Positions 9,612 through 20,021 are shown, counted from the stretch's first letter. The stretch is DNA of 64,000 nt from Geopsychrobacteraceae bacterium (GCA_963662315.1 OY759353.1:3424001-3488000), one strand, 5' to 3'. Numbers and translations are program-made. Notes: generated by a model from the letters alone, not told the origin.

Positions 9612-10912
9612 GAGGGATTTTTATTCGTTTTAATCTAGGGCTGCTGCTGGTCGTGCTGGTCTGTATGTTTCTTACCGATTATATCGAGGATGCCGTTCTG
9701 ACCGAAGAAGAGGTTGCTCATTACTACAACGAACTGTTTAAAGGCTTTTTCTTTACCATTGAGTACTACCTCCAGCATGATCATGATTTTGCCCCCCAGG
9801 AAAGGATCAAAGAGTTACAGACGCAGTTCGGTTTTCCCGTGGGTTTGGTGGCTCGGTCTGAGCTAGGGCTGTCTGAAGATGAACAGGAGCTTCTGGATCG
9901 GGGGGACATGCTGGTACGCGTTGATGACGAGCTTTTTTATCGGCCACTAGCGGGTAGCGAGCTGCTGGTGAGAATCGGTCCCCTGAATGACGATATGGAA
10001 ACCAAGAGACTGGAATATCGGCAGAATATGGGGGTCGGGTTGTTTCTTATTATGCTGACCTCATTCTCGTCCCTGCTTTGGACGTTACCGTTGTGGAAAA
10101 ACCTGCGCGCTTTGATGAGAACAACAGAACGTTTCGGGCGTGGTGATTTTTCCAGTAGAGCCACTGTTGCCCGGCGCTCGGCTTTACGCCCCATGGCGGA
10201 AACCTTCAATCAAATGGGGAGCCGCATAGAAGAACTGATGACGGCTCAGAAGTCCCTGCTGCATGCGGTTTCCCATGAACTGCGCACTCCCATTGCCAGC
10301 GCCCGTTTTGCCCTGGTCATGCTCGAAGGCGCTACCGACCGGCAGAAGATTAAAGAATATACTGATATGCTGTATGGCGATATGGAGGATCTTGAAGAGC
10401 TGATTTCGGAACTGCTGACCTACTGTTCTTTGGAAGAACAGAGGACATCCCTGGATGCGGAACCTGTTGCTCCGAAGGAGTGGCTGTCGGGGCTGGTCGA
10501 CAAGCTGGAACCCTTTACCGGGGAAAAGATAATCAGCCTCGATCTGGCCATGGCTCCGGCGTCTGTGACCATCAATCTCAGGCATATGAGCCGGGCCCTG
10601 GAAAACCTGATCCTCAATGCTATTCGCTATGCCGAAACACGTATCGACATTGGTTTGTCAACAACGGATACTGGCTGGCGTCTCAGCATTCACGATGATG
10701 GTCCAGGCATTCCTGTCTCTGACCGTGAGCGGATTTTTCAGCCGTTTGTCCGCCTTGACGATAGTCGTAACCGGGCATCCGGTGGTGCTGGTCTGGGCTT
10801 GGCTATTGTCAATCAAATTGTCAGAAAACATCAGGGGCGCATCTGGGTTACCGATGGTCATTACTGTGGGGCCTGTTTTATTATGGAAATTCCTGTAAGC
10901 AACTTGGAATAG
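9608..10912 (+). CDS. Sensor histidine kinase (RstB-like, HAMP-HisKA-HATPase)
   Basis: Two TM segments, SHELRTP H-box, NAIRYA, DDGPGI and GAGLGLAI motifs. Confidence 0.93.
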   Translation: MRGIFIRFNLGLLLVVLVCMFLTDYIEDAVLTEEEVAHYYNELFKGFFFTIEYYLQHDHDFAPQERIKELQTQFGFPVGLVARSELGLSEDEQELLDRGDMLVRVDDELFYRPLAGSELLVRIGPLNDDMETKRLEYRQNMGVGLFLIMLTSFSSLLWTLPLWKNLRALMRTTERFGRGDFSSRATVARRSALRPMAETFNQMGSRIEELMTAQKSLLHAVSHELRTPIASARFALVMLEGATDRQKIKEYTDMLYGDMEDLEELISELLTYCSLEEQRTSLDAEPVAPKEWLSGLVDKLEPFTGEKIISLDLAMAPASVTINLRHMSRALENLILNAIRYAETRIDIGLSTTDTGWRLSIHDDGPGIPVSDRERIFQPFVRLDDSRNRASGGAGLGLAIVNQIVRKHQGRIWVTDGHYCGACFIMEIPVSNLE

Positions 10913-11088
10913 CGTCGTATAGTGCTAGGTCATACAGGATCAGATCTGGCCATGTGCATGATTGATAAAGGGTAAAAGAATAATTATTTTACCTAGACAC
11001 GCCAGAGGCAGCATTTAATAAGGCGGCTTTTAAACTCTTTTTAAGCTGGTCAAATACGGACAGTTCTGTTAAACCAAGCATGATAATA

Positions 11089-11113
11089 ATAGTTGACTAA
11101 TCAGGTCAAATAA
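11089..11113. promoter_or_regulatory. Palindromic operator TTGAC-N7-GTCAA (Rrf2/IscR type 1-like)
   Basis: ATAGTTGACTAATCAGGTCAAATAA, about 90 bp upstream of the NhaC-family gene. Confidence 0.4.
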
Positions 11114-11199
11114 CCAGTTTGCAGCCGTAATCCCATTCGACAGCATCATCCAAGTCTATTTATACCTGTACGGCCTAACAAAAAGTTCAAGGATTAACC

Positions 11200-12546
11200 A
11201 TGCAACCCCCAAAACAACCTGTAGCCAAAGGTGCGGCTTTGCTGCCTTTGGCCCTGTTTCTCATTCTCTTTGTCGGTACCGGCACTGCTTTGACACTGAA
11301 CGGTACCGAGATGGCCTTTTACCAGCTCTCCGCTGCAGTGGCTATTTTACCGGCTATCGCCATGGCTCTGGGGATGGGAAAATACCGGCTTAACGACAAA
11401 ATCAACATCTTTTTGCGTGGTGTCGGTGATATCAATATCGTGACCATGTGCATGATCTACCTGCTGGCCGGAGCCTTTGCTGCGGTCGCTAAATCGATCG
11501 GCGGGGTTGAGGCGACGATCAATCTGGGCCTGTCCTATATTCCCGTACAGCTGGTATTGCCGGGACTCTTTGTGATTGCCGCTTTTGTCGCCACCGCCAT
11601 GGGCACCTCCATGGGTACCATCGCCGCCATTGCTCCCATTGCCGCCGGAATCGCTGCGCAAACTGATATCGGTGCGCCCCTGCTGATGGGTACCGTGGTT
11701 GGCGGAGCCATGTTTGGTGACAACTTGTCGATGATCTCCGATACCACCATCGCGGCAACCCGCACTCAGGGTTGCCGCATGAGTGATAAATTCCGCATGA
11801 ACCTGCTGATTGTCGCGCCAGCGGCCCTGCTGGTCGTTATCGCTCTGGCCCTGTTTGGTAGCGCCGGCGAGGCTGTCTCCAGCGGCGACTGGCAGCTGCT
11901 GCGCGTGGTGCCCTATCTGATTATTCTGGTTCTTGCTCTGGCCGGGCTCAATGTCTTTGTCGTTCTGGCCTGCGGAATTGTGCTGGCGGGAGCGGTGGGG
12001 CTGATCAGTATTCCGGACTATTCGCTGCTCAAGTATGCCGGGGATATTTACAATGGTTTCAGCGGCATGCATGAAATACTGGTGCTGTCGATGCTGGTCG
12101 GTGGCTTGGGTGAGCTGATGCGCGTGAACGGCGGCCTGCAATGGCTGCTGGAGCGCATCAATGCTCTGGCGCGCAAAAGTGAAGGGAAAAATCGCCGCCG
12201 CTCAGGCGAAATTGCCATTTCCGCTCTGGTGGCTTTGACCGATCTGTGCACGGCCAATAATACCGTCGCCATTATCCTCAGTGGCGGCCTGGCCAAAGAT
12301 ATCGCCCGTGATACCGGTGTCGATGCCCGGCGCAGCGCCAGTCTGCTGGATATTTTCTCATGCGTGGTGCAGGGCATTGCCCCCTATGCCGCTCAGGTGT
12401 TGCTGGCCGGATTGATTGCCGGGATCTCACCGGTCGCAGTTGCAACCAGCAACTGGTACTGTCTGATTCTTGCTGTCGTGGCAGCCATCGCCATTCTGAC
12501 CGACTGGCCGCGAGTCAAAGGGAAAGGCGGCTCATCCGCAGCCTGA
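11200..12546 (+). CDS. NhaC-family transporter (probable amino acid, e.g. methionine, uptake)
   Basis: AMGTSMGT, GGAMFGDNLSMISDTTIAATRTQG and TANNTVAI motifs; many TM helices. Confidence 0.88.
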   Translation: MQPPKQPVAKGAALLPLALFLILFVGTGTALTLNGTEMAFYQLSAAVAILPAIAMALGMGKYRLNDKINIFLRGVGDINIVTMCMIYLLAGAFAAVAKSIGGVEATINLGLSYIPVQLVLPGLFVIAAFVATAMGTSMGTIAAIAPIAAGIAAQTDIGAPLLMGTVVGGAMFGDNLSMISDTTIAATRTQGCRMSDKFRMNLLIVAPAALLVVIALALFGSAGEAVSSGDWQLLRVVPYLIILVLALAGLNVFVVLACGIVLAGAVGLISIPDYSLLKYAGDIYNGFSGMHEILVLSMLVGGLGELMRVNGGLQWLLERINALARKSEGKNRRRSGEIAISALVALTDLCTANNTVAIILSGGLAKDIARDTGVDARRSASLLDIFSCVVQGIAPYAAQVLLAGLIAGISPVAVATSNWYCLILAVVAAIAILTDWPRVKGKGGSSAA

Positions 12547-13050
12547 AAACAATAAAATGTTCAAGAACTGAAATAAGAAGAAAATGAACAGAGGGCAATA
12601 AATATTGAATCGAAATATCATTTCGTATAAATTTTAACAGTTACTGTGCTTCAAAAAATGAAAAGTCATGCGTTTGCTGGATATGATTAGAAATCTACAA
12701 ACCGTGGCTTTTTTTGTTTTTTCCGTTAAAGAAACTGAGCGTTATGTCACTTTCACGCACGAGTCTTTGGGCTGGGGTGTGTTCACTCTGATGCTGCGGT
12801 TCTGACTCAATCAGTTTGCTTGAATTATCCCGTCCGCTACCGTTTTGCGGCCCCTTCCAGATGTTATGTTATTGAAGAATACTAAGGAGATTGTAATGAA
12901 GACAAAATTTATACTTTAAACAGTTATTTCAAGTATTCTCTTATTCTGCCTGTGCTCTTGCACTGCCGTTCGTAAACTACGGAGGCAAACACTACCCTGC
13001 GCTGGAGCCGAATCTCTAACCGATTAGCGTACAAGTAGGAGATTTATTGA

Positions 13051-13654
13051 ATGTTGGATCTTGAATTTCTCATCACTTCTTTTGTCGTGGTACTTATTCC
13101 AGGTACTGGGGTACTTTTCACTATATCCACCGGTCTGATACATGGCCGCAAGGCCAGCGTGTTCGCGGCATTTGGCTGTACTTTGGGTATTATCCCCCAT
13201 CTCATGGCGACCGTGTTGGGGTTGGCTGCTCTTATGCACACCAGCGCACTCGCTTTTCAGACCCTGAAATACGCCGGCATTGCCTACTTGCTCTACATCG
13301 CATTTGCCACTTGGCGTGACAAATCAACGTTGTCCATTGATGAAAAATCCTCGGCAAGCACGGCCACCGCTCTTGTTTTAAAGGCTTTTCTGCTAAATAT
13401 CCTCAATCCGAAACTGACGATCTTCTTCCTGGCTTTCCTTCCGCAATTTGTTCAACCGGGGGCGCTGGAGCCGATCTTTCAGCTTATCCTGCTGAGCAGC
13501 GTTTTTATGGCGATGACGTTTGTCGTGTTCGTGGGTTATGGCTGTCTGGCACATGCGTTCCGCAAGACAGTTGTTGATTCACCGCGCATCCAAACGTGGC
13601 TTCGCCGCAGCCTTTGTCGGTCTGGCGGCGGAACTCTCTTTTTCCGATAGATAA
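13051..13654 (+). CDS. LysE/RhtB translocator with a frameshifted C-terminus
   Basis: IPGTG and NILNPKL motifs. The in-frame ORF stops at 13650 with a polar tail, while the expected hydrophobic tail AFVGLAAELSFSDR* is in another frame ending at 13654. Confidence 0.75.
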
Positions 13655-13851
13655 CGCCCAATCACCAGTCTAGTCGGATTTGTAAGGTGATAACTCTGGA
13701 TCTTGTCGATCGGGCTTGTGGGTATCGGGAAGCCACGGACGTTGTACTCCAGCGCTAATGCACTGTAGAATAGATCAAGATCTTTTTGATCAATCTGTCG
13801 TCATCTATTTTGGCGGATTCACGTAAAGCCTTTTCCGTGGATGGTTTTGTT

Positions 13852-15210
13852 ATGGCCAGAGTCACTTCCCCGTTTGCTCTTCCCAATGTCAGGCTGTTTC
13901 TTCTGTTTCGGGTGCTGTTTAATGCCCGGTTTTATTATCCTATTTTTTCCATCCTGTTTCTTGATTTCGGCCTGACGCTATCACAATTTGCCATTCTTAA
14001 CGCAGTTTGGGCCGCGACGATTGTTATCTGTGAAGTGCCGTCCGGAGCGCTTGCCGATATCATCGGGCGGCGTAACCTGTTGGTCGTAACCGGTGTCCTG
14101 ATGGTCCTTGAAATCGGCTTGTGGGCTTTTGTGCCACGCAGTAACCTGACGCTGCTGTTTTGGGCTTTTGTTGCGAACCGGGTCCTGAGCGGTATGGCTG
14201 AGGCTGCCGCCAGCGGAGCCGATGAAGCTCTGGCGTATGATAGCCTTGCCCAGGCGGGAAAAACAGCTGACTGGGGGCTGGTTCTGGAACGTCAGGGGCA
14301 ACTCCAGGCTGCGGGGTTTGTCGTGGCCATGACCCTGGGTGGCGTCATGTATGATCCCGGATTGCTGACCGGTATCCTGGCCTGGTTAGGCTTTACGGTA
14401 ACCCTTTCAAAAGAGCTGACGCTACGTTTGCCGATTTACTGTACCCTGGTAACGGCGTTGCTTACTTTATTCACTACGCTGCGGATGAAAGAAATCGCCG
14501 TCGAACAGCGTACCCGGCAAGCCTTCTGGCAGACCAGTGCAGCGGCGCTACAATTGGTCTGGCGGGCTGGGGTGTGGATTTTTAAAACACCGCTGGTCAT
14601 CGGCCTTATCCTGTTTGGGCTGCTTTATGACAGCGTGGTACGCATGCTGCTGACCATGGCGAGTCAATATTACCGGGTTATTGATATCCCGGAGTCGTGG
14701 TTTGGTATTCTTGGTTCGGCGTTGGCGTTATTCGGTTTTATTATGCCGATGGTGGCACGTCGTCTGGTCGGGCGATGGTCATTGCTGGTTAATCTGGTTG
14801 TGGTTGGCCTTCTTATCGTTGCCGGGTTGGCTGGAATTGCATGTGTCTGGCCCTTCTGGGGAGTTGTCCCGGCACTGATTCTGTTTGCATCGATGAATCT
14901 GACCAGCTTTTTACTCAGTTTTTATCTGAATAATATGGCCAGTTCAGAACAGCGCGCCACAGTGTTGAGTTTCAAAGGCTTGTTTTTAAACACAGGTTAT
15001 GGAATTATTGGCCTTCTTTACGGGGGATTGCTGGCGTTTCTGGGGCATAATCGCAGCACAGATGTGTCAGTTTCGGCAGAAATGCTGAAAAATTCTATTT
15101 TTATCGAATCGCTTCCCTGGTTCCTCGGTTATTTCTTCCTGCTCGGGTTGGTTCTACTTTTCTTTTTTGGTCGTATTTTGGCTGCGGAACTTCCGCAAAA
15201 AATGAATTGA
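13852..15210 (+). CDS. MFS transporter
   Basis: EVPSGALADIIGRR motif A, ASGADEALAYDSL and RATVLS motifs; about 12 TM helices. Confidence 0.88.
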   Translation: MARVTSPFALPNVRLFLLFRVLFNARFYYPIFSILFLDFGLTLSQFAILNAVWAATIVICEVPSGALADIIGRRNLLVVTGVLMVLEIGLWAFVPRSNLTLLFWAFVANRVLSGMAEAAASGADEALAYDSLAQAGKTADWGLVLERQGQLQAAGFVVAMTLGGVMYDPGLLTGILAWLGFTVTLSKELTLRLPIYCTLVTALLTLFTTLRMKEIAVEQRTRQAFWQTSAAALQLVWRAGVWIFKTPLVIGLILFGLLYDSVVRMLLTMASQYYRVIDIPESWFGILGSALALFGFIMPMVARRLVGRWSLLVNLVVVGLLIVAGLAGIACVWPFWGVVPALILFASMNLTSFLLSFYLNNMASSEQRATVLSFKGLFLNTGYGIIGLLYGGLLAFLGHNRSTDVSVSAEMLKNSIFIESLPWFLGYFFLLGLVLLFFFGRILAAELPQKMN

Positions 15211-15234
15211 TAGGCTCTGTTGACAGGACATATT

Positions 15235-15585
15235 ATGTGGTATTGCGCGACACAGATTGGAATTTCCGAAATCGATATGGATCATCAGAATATCGATGCC
15301 ATGCTGGAATTATGTTTCACCGGGCATGTTCCTGAAGTTGCGCTTAAAAATGTGATTGTCGGGTTAATACGCCATTTCAAGCATGAAGAAGAAGTCATTG
15401 TCGCGTTGGGGCGCGAGTTTCCCGCAGATCATCAGGCGGAACATATGGTCTTAACCCAATATTTCGAGGAGCTGCAAAATGACTGGCAGGAAGGGAAAAT
15501 GACAGGCAAGGAACTGGCGGAAACCTTGCGGATAAAGCTGTTGCTGCATGTCACAGAATATGATCTCAAGTTGAAGGACCTGTAG
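15235..15585 (+). CDS. Bacteriohemerythrin-like protein
   Basis: IGISEIDMDH, HFKHEE, HQAEH and HVTEYD di-iron ligand pattern. Confidence 0.85.
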   Translation: MWYCATQIGISEIDMDHQNIDAMLELCFTGHVPEVALKNVIVGLIRHFKHEEEVIVALGREFPADHQAEHMVLTQYFEELQNDWQEGKMTGKELAETLRIKLLLHVTEYDLKLKDL

Positions 15586-15613
15586 CTCTTTTGCCTGGCG
15601 CTGGTTATCTGTT

Positions 15614-16459
15614 ATGAAGACCTTCCGTTCCCTACCTTTCTTCTTCTATTCTCTGTTTGTGGCAGGTCTGCTTATCTTTCTGGGGGCCTGTTCGCCTGCC
15701 GGTAAGCCGTTAGTCAGCCCTTCTGAACCATTTCCCGAATCCGTTTCCGCTGATCCGATCGCCTCACTGATTATCCCCACTGATGAACCTGTTGAGCCAG
15801 AACAACAAGCGCTTACGGCACTTGGTTTTTCCGTTCAGGTCGGCGCTTTTTCGCAGCAGGACAATGCTGTCAGGCTTGAACAGACTCTGAAAATGCGTGG
15901 TCTTGATGCTTTTTCGTTTCTCGATGATTCCGGTTTGTACAAGGTACGCTTTGGTGATCACCGTGAATACCAGGCGGCCAGAAACGAGGCCGAACAACTG
16001 CAGGCCCAGGGGGTGATCGGACGTTTCTTTATTGTTTCACCACAAGATTACGCTATTGCCAAAACGCCAGATGCGGCCGTGGGGGGAATGCGTTTCGAAC
16101 TGGTCAAAACAGCACAGCGCTTTATCGGTGTGCCGTATCGCTGGGGGGGGGAGGACAGTAAGAACGGTTTTGACTGCAGTGGTTTGACCATGGTCAGTTA
16201 CCGCCTCAACGGTCTGAACCTGCCACGCAACTCAAGAGCCCAGTATCAGGCTGGTCGCGCTGTGAAAAAGGACCAGCTGCAGCAGGGGGATCTGGTGTTT
16301 TTCGCCACCAAAGGTGGAACCCGTGTTACGCATGTTGGAATGTATGTTGGTGACGGCAGGTTTATTCATGCGCCACGCACCGGGCAAACCATTCGGATTT
16401 CAAGTCTTTCCAGCACTTATTTTCGCCGGACCTATGTCGGTGGACGCACCTACCTGTAG
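15614..16459 (+). CDS. SPOR + NlpC/P60 lipoprotein (peptidoglycan endopeptidase)
   Basis: Lipobox LGAC, SPOR motif VQVGAF, NlpC motifs GVPYRWGG, FDCSG, HVGMY and FIHA. Confidence 0.92.
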   Translation: MKTFRSLPFFFYSLFVAGLLIFLGACSPAGKPLVSPSEPFPESVSADPIASLIIPTDEPVEPEQQALTALGFSVQVGAFSQQDNAVRLEQTLKMRGLDAFSFLDDSGLYKVRFGDHREYQAARNEAEQLQAQGVIGRFFIVSPQDYAIAKTPDAAVGGMRFELVKTAQRFIGVPYRWGGEDSKNGFDCSGLTMVSYRLNGLNLPRNSRAQYQAGRAVKKDQLQQGDLVFFATKGGTRVTHVGMYVGDGRFIHAPRTGQTIRISSLSSTYFRRTYVGGRTYL

Positions 16460-16735
16460 TTTCTGATCCGGAAACCGCCCTTTTCCACCATCTCCGCGTT
16501 CATGGTTGACTTCCTTGATCTGATGAAAAATTGCTGGTTTCCGAATCAGAAACGGGTTTCTGTCGTTATCTTGAAAGAGGCTGAGAACTGCCCTTTTTCA
16601 CCATCTCCAAACGGAAAATAAATGGGCACAACCTACTCTTTATTTTTCATGAAAACGAGTTTCTTGCTGTTATTCCCCGTGCTTTGAAGACTTTCCTGAG
16701 GGGCCGATAGGCCTCGGCCTGCCCCCCAGGCGTTA

Positions 16736-17623
16736 TTACATGGTGATGCGATGCTTATCGAGAATAGCTTTTATTTTTGCATCCAATTCCGGAGTTGAGA
16801 TCAGGGCCGGTTGGCGGCTGGCACCAACGCTGCTATCCATGAGATAGAGGGCGCGCTTGACCATGGCGGGTGGATAGCCGAGACCATAAAGATCAACGCG
16901 TAATTGGGTAAATGCCTCCTGATATTCCTGGGCCGCAGCCAGGTTGCCTTTGGCGAATTCGCTGCAAATGGCGTTGACTGTTGTTGGCATGACATTGCCA
17001 AGGCCTGAAATACACCCTTGCGCGCCGTTGGAAAGGGCGTAATAAATCAGGGAGTCCGGCCCGGAAAGGACATCAAAATCAGTGCGGCTGTTGGCGACTT
17101 CCAGATAGGCGTCGATTGATTCTTTGCTGCCGCCACTGTCTTTAATGCCGAGAATATTGGGATGATCAGCCAGTGTCGCTGCCGTTTCCGGTTCGATGTG
17201 ATTTTGGGTCCGGGCTGGGATATCGTAAAGGTAGACAGGCTTGTCGACACTGTCTGCCACTTTCGAAAAGTGCTTGATCAGGCCATCCTGAGTACAGCCG
17301 ATGAAGTACGGGGTAATGACCGCAAGCGCATCGACTCCGACAGCAACCAGTTCCTTGCTGAGGAGTACGGTTTCGTAGGTGGACGGTGTTCCGGCGTTGG
17401 CGAAAACCTTGACTTGGCCTCCCGCTTCTTCAACGACTTCTGCACAAACACGGATTTTTTCCTGAAATGTCAGGCTGGTAAAGTCACCATTGGTGCCGCA
17501 GACCAGCAGGTTATTACCTGCATGCACCTGGCGGCGGACCTGTTTGCGAACCGCGGCATAATCGATAGCTTCACTATCGTCAAAGCAGGTGACCAGGGCG
17601 ACAAAGGGCAGAACGTCTTTCAT
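16736..17623 (-). CDS. DapA/NanA-family (dihydrodipicolinate synthase-like) aldolase
   Basis: GTNGDF, catalytic Tyr in LYDIP and Schiff-base Lys in GIKDSGG. Confidence 0.88.
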   Translation of the reverse strand: MKDVLPFVALVTCFDDSEAIDYAAVRKQVRRQVHAGNNLLVCGTNGDFTSLTFQEKIRVCAEVVEEAGGQVKVFANAGTPSTYETVLLSKELVAVGVDALAVITPYFIGCTQDGLIKHFSKVADSVDKPVYLYDIPARTQNHIEPETAATLADHPNILGIKDSGGSKESIDAYLEVANSRTDFDVLSGPDSLIYYALSNGAQGCISGLGNVMPTTVNAICSEFAKGNLAAAQEYQEAFTQLRVDLYGLGYPPAMVKRALYLMDSSVGASRQPALISTPELDAKIKAILDKHRITM

Positions 17624-17640
17624 GTAAACCTCCGGTAAAA

Positions 17641-18789
17641 TCAGAGAATCGTTTGGTAAATACTGCGGATATCCTCTCGGCTCATGCCCTTAGGATTGTT
17701 ATCCAGTAAGCGCTTCACCTGCAGGGCGGCAGTGACGATTGATTCAAGGTCTTCTGCCGGGACACCCAGGGCACTCATTTTCTCCGGTATGTCAAGTGCC
17801 CGGCTGAGATCATAAAGCGCCTCGACCAGTACATCGGCCTTCTGGTTATTGTCCAGGGTTGTGACATCTTTTCCGCTGAGATGAGCGATTGCGGCCAACT
17901 TGTCAATACAGCAATCCTTATTGAAGGCAAAAACCGGGGCGAGCAGAATAGCGTTGGAGATGCCATGGGGAATCCGATAGCGTCCCCCCAATGGGTAGGA
18001 CAGCGCATGTACGCCGTTAGTGCCAGACGCGGCAATGCAGGCACCGCCCAGAAATGCAGCAAACAGCAGGTCTGCACGAGCTTCAAGATCGCTACCGTCA
18101 GCGACACAACGTTTAAGGCTTTTGAAGATCAGGCGTGTTGCTTCGATGGCCATCATATCGCTGAGCAGATTCGCCTTGTTGCTAACATAACATTCCAAGG
18201 CATGGCACAAGGCATCCATGCCTGTAGCCGCAGTAATGCCGGCCGGTAAGCCAAGTAAAAGTTCGGGATCCAGAATAACCTTGTCTGGCATGAAAATATC
18301 GCAGACGATACCGACCTTAAGGTTCTGCGTCGGGCGAAAGACGATTGCGTTCGGAGTGCTTTCAGAACCGGTGCCCGCTGTTGTCGGGATCATGACCAGC
18401 TCGGCGTGTCTTTGGCTTGGCAATTGCCCAGCAAACATTTGCTCTAATGTCGATCCGGCACCGACCATGACAGATACCAGTTTCGCCGTATCCATAACAC
18501 TGCCTCCGCCGACCGCGAGGATAACATCGATGGAGAGGTCGCTGAGAGAGCTGACAACCAGATTGACTTCATCCTCGGTTGGCTCAGGCGGTACATTGGC
18601 AAACTCCTGAACCGAGAGGGCATCATTGACACACAGATCATAAACTTTTCCGGTGATGCCACATTGTTTGACGCCCTGATCACTGAGTAAAAGGACCGTT
18701 TTACCTTTAACAATATCGCAAAGACCTTGAATTTTTCCTGGGCCAAAATCGACCCGGGACGGTAACAGGCTTTTGAATTGGTTTATCAT
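17641..18789 (-). CDS. Iron-containing alcohol dehydrogenase
   Basis: GGGSVMDTAK, PTTAGTGSE, DALCHALE and HG metal-ligand motifs. Confidence 0.92.
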   Translation of the reverse strand: MINQFKSLLPSRVDFGPGKIQGLCDIVKGKTVLLLSDQGVKQCGITGKVYDLCVNDALSVQEFANVPPEPTEDEVNLVVSSLSDLSIDVILAVGGGSVMDTAKLVSVMVGAGSTLEQMFAGQLPSQRHAELVMIPTTAGTGSESTPNAIVFRPTQNLKVGIVCDIFMPDKVILDPELLLGLPAGITAATGMDALCHALECYVSNKANLLSDMMAIEATRLIFKSLKRCVADGSDLEARADLLFAAFLGGACIAASGTNGVHALSYPLGGRYRIPHGISNAILLAPVFAFNKDCCIDKLAAIAHLSGKDVTTLDNNQKADVLVEALYDLSRALDIPEKMSALGVPAEDLESIVTAALQVKRLLDNNPKGMSREDIRSIYQTIL

Positions 18790-19853
18790 TATTTATCTCC
18801 TGTCAGGCTTGATTTTTCCGTTATGCGCCCCTGAGCCAGCATGGCACCGTATTCGATGGCATTGATCATGCTCTGGGCACTGGCAACATTTTTTCCTGCG
18901 TTTTCGAAGGCGGTTCCGTGATCAACCGAGGCACGTACAATCGGCAGGCCAAGGGTGACATTGACGCCGGTCATTCCCGACCATTTTCCGGTTGTGTCAT
19001 CGTAAATAAAACTTTGCATTTTAAGCGGGATGTGTCCCTGGTCGTGATACATGGCGACGACCAGATCAAAGCCCCCACCGGCTGCTTTACAGAAAACAGT
19101 ATCCGGAGGATAAGGGCCCTGAGCATCAATTCCTTCCCCCTGCGCGGCTTCGATTGCCGGAGTGATGGCTGTTTGCTCTTCGGTGCCGAACAGGCCATTT
19201 TCACCGGCATGCGGGTTGAATCCGGCAACGCCAATGCGTGGTTTGGCAAGGCCTAATTGCTGACATGCATTGTGGCCGAGGCGGATGACATCAAGAACCC
19301 GCTCGATGGTGAGTTTTTCGCTGACTTTGACCAGGGGCATATGGGTTGTGACGTGAACAACGCGCAGGTTGCCATCCGCCAGCATCATCGAGTATTTATT
19401 GGTGCCAGTATATTTTGCATAGATTTCTGTATGACCGTCATAATGATGACCGGCCAGGTTCATCGCTTCTTTGTTGAGAGGGGCGGTAACGGTACCGTCC
19501 AGCTGACCATCCAGAGCAAGCTTGATGGCTGTTTCTACCGCACGGAAGGCTGCTTCACCGCACTTGGCGCTGAGTTTACCGTAAGCAAAATCACTTAAAT
19601 CGATGCCGGTCAGGGGGAGCACATCAATGATGCCCAGGAGACCACGAGCATCTTCTGGAGCATCGAGGATATTGATCTTCTGGTCACTTTTTACAATGTC
19701 TCTGACGGCCATTTCCATAATGGTGGGATCACCGACGACAATGGGTGAGCAGATGTCATAAATGTGCTGATCTAATAATGATTTGACGATGATTTCCGGA
19801 CCGATCCCGGCCGGATCGCCCATCGTGATACCGAGCAAAGGTTTTGTTCTCAT
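18789..19853 (-). CDS. pdxA2: PdxA-family oxidative decarboxylase (PdxA2, 4-phospho-tetronate dehydrogenase)
   Basis: MGDPAGIGPE, TAPLNKE, GHTE, NPHAGE, MYHDQGHIP and SVDHGTA motifs; clustered with a DUF1537 kinase. Confidence 0.88.
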   Translation of the reverse strand: MRTKPLLGITMGDPAGIGPEIIVKSLLDQHIYDICSPIVVGDPTIMEMAVRDIVKSDQKINILDAPEDARGLLGIIDVLPLTGIDLSDFAYGKLSAKCGEAAFRAVETAIKLALDGQLDGTVTAPLNKEAMNLAGHHYDGHTEIYAKYTGTNKYSMMLADGNLRVVHVTTHMPLVKVSEKLTIERVLDVIRLGHNACQQLGLAKPRIGVAGFNPHAGENGLFGTEEQTAITPAIEAAQGEGIDAQGPYPPDTVFCKAAGGGFDLVVAMYHDQGHIPLKMQSFIYDDTTGKWSGMTGVNVTLGLPIVRASVDHGTAFENAGKNVASAQSMINAIEYGAMLAQGRITEKSSLTGDK

Positions 19854-19920
19854 ATTGATCTGCCAATCTTGTTGATAAGGTTTGAGATTACATAAGTTTT
19901 GTCGTTGCTATTCATCTTTA

Positions 19921-19935
19921 GCAACCACGGTGCCA
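19921..19935 (-). promoter_or_regulatory. Sigma54 -24/-12 promoter for pdxA2-adh-dapA
   Basis: Minus strand TGGCACCGTGGTTGC matches TGGCAC-N5-TTGC exactly. Confidence 0.88.
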
Positions 19936-20021
19936 AAATAGTAAATGACTGATAATACAGTTGAAAATATGGTGAATGAGTAATCCCAGGGAACGAGAGA
20001 TAGATGTTTTGCATCAGGACT

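Noticed and set aside
10913..11199. SAM or lysine riboswitch upstream of the NhaC-family gene
   Set aside because: No recognisable aptamer core such as ATCNAGAG...GAGGGA...GCAACC. An Infernal scan would be decisive.
11347..12141. 264-aa antisense ORF
   Set aside because: It lies fully opposite the NhaC-family gene and has the composition of a reverse-frame artefact.
18789..19853. Vitamin B6 biosynthetic pdxA
   Set aside because: The catabolic context (DUF1537 kinase, TRAP, sigma54 control) favours PdxA2.
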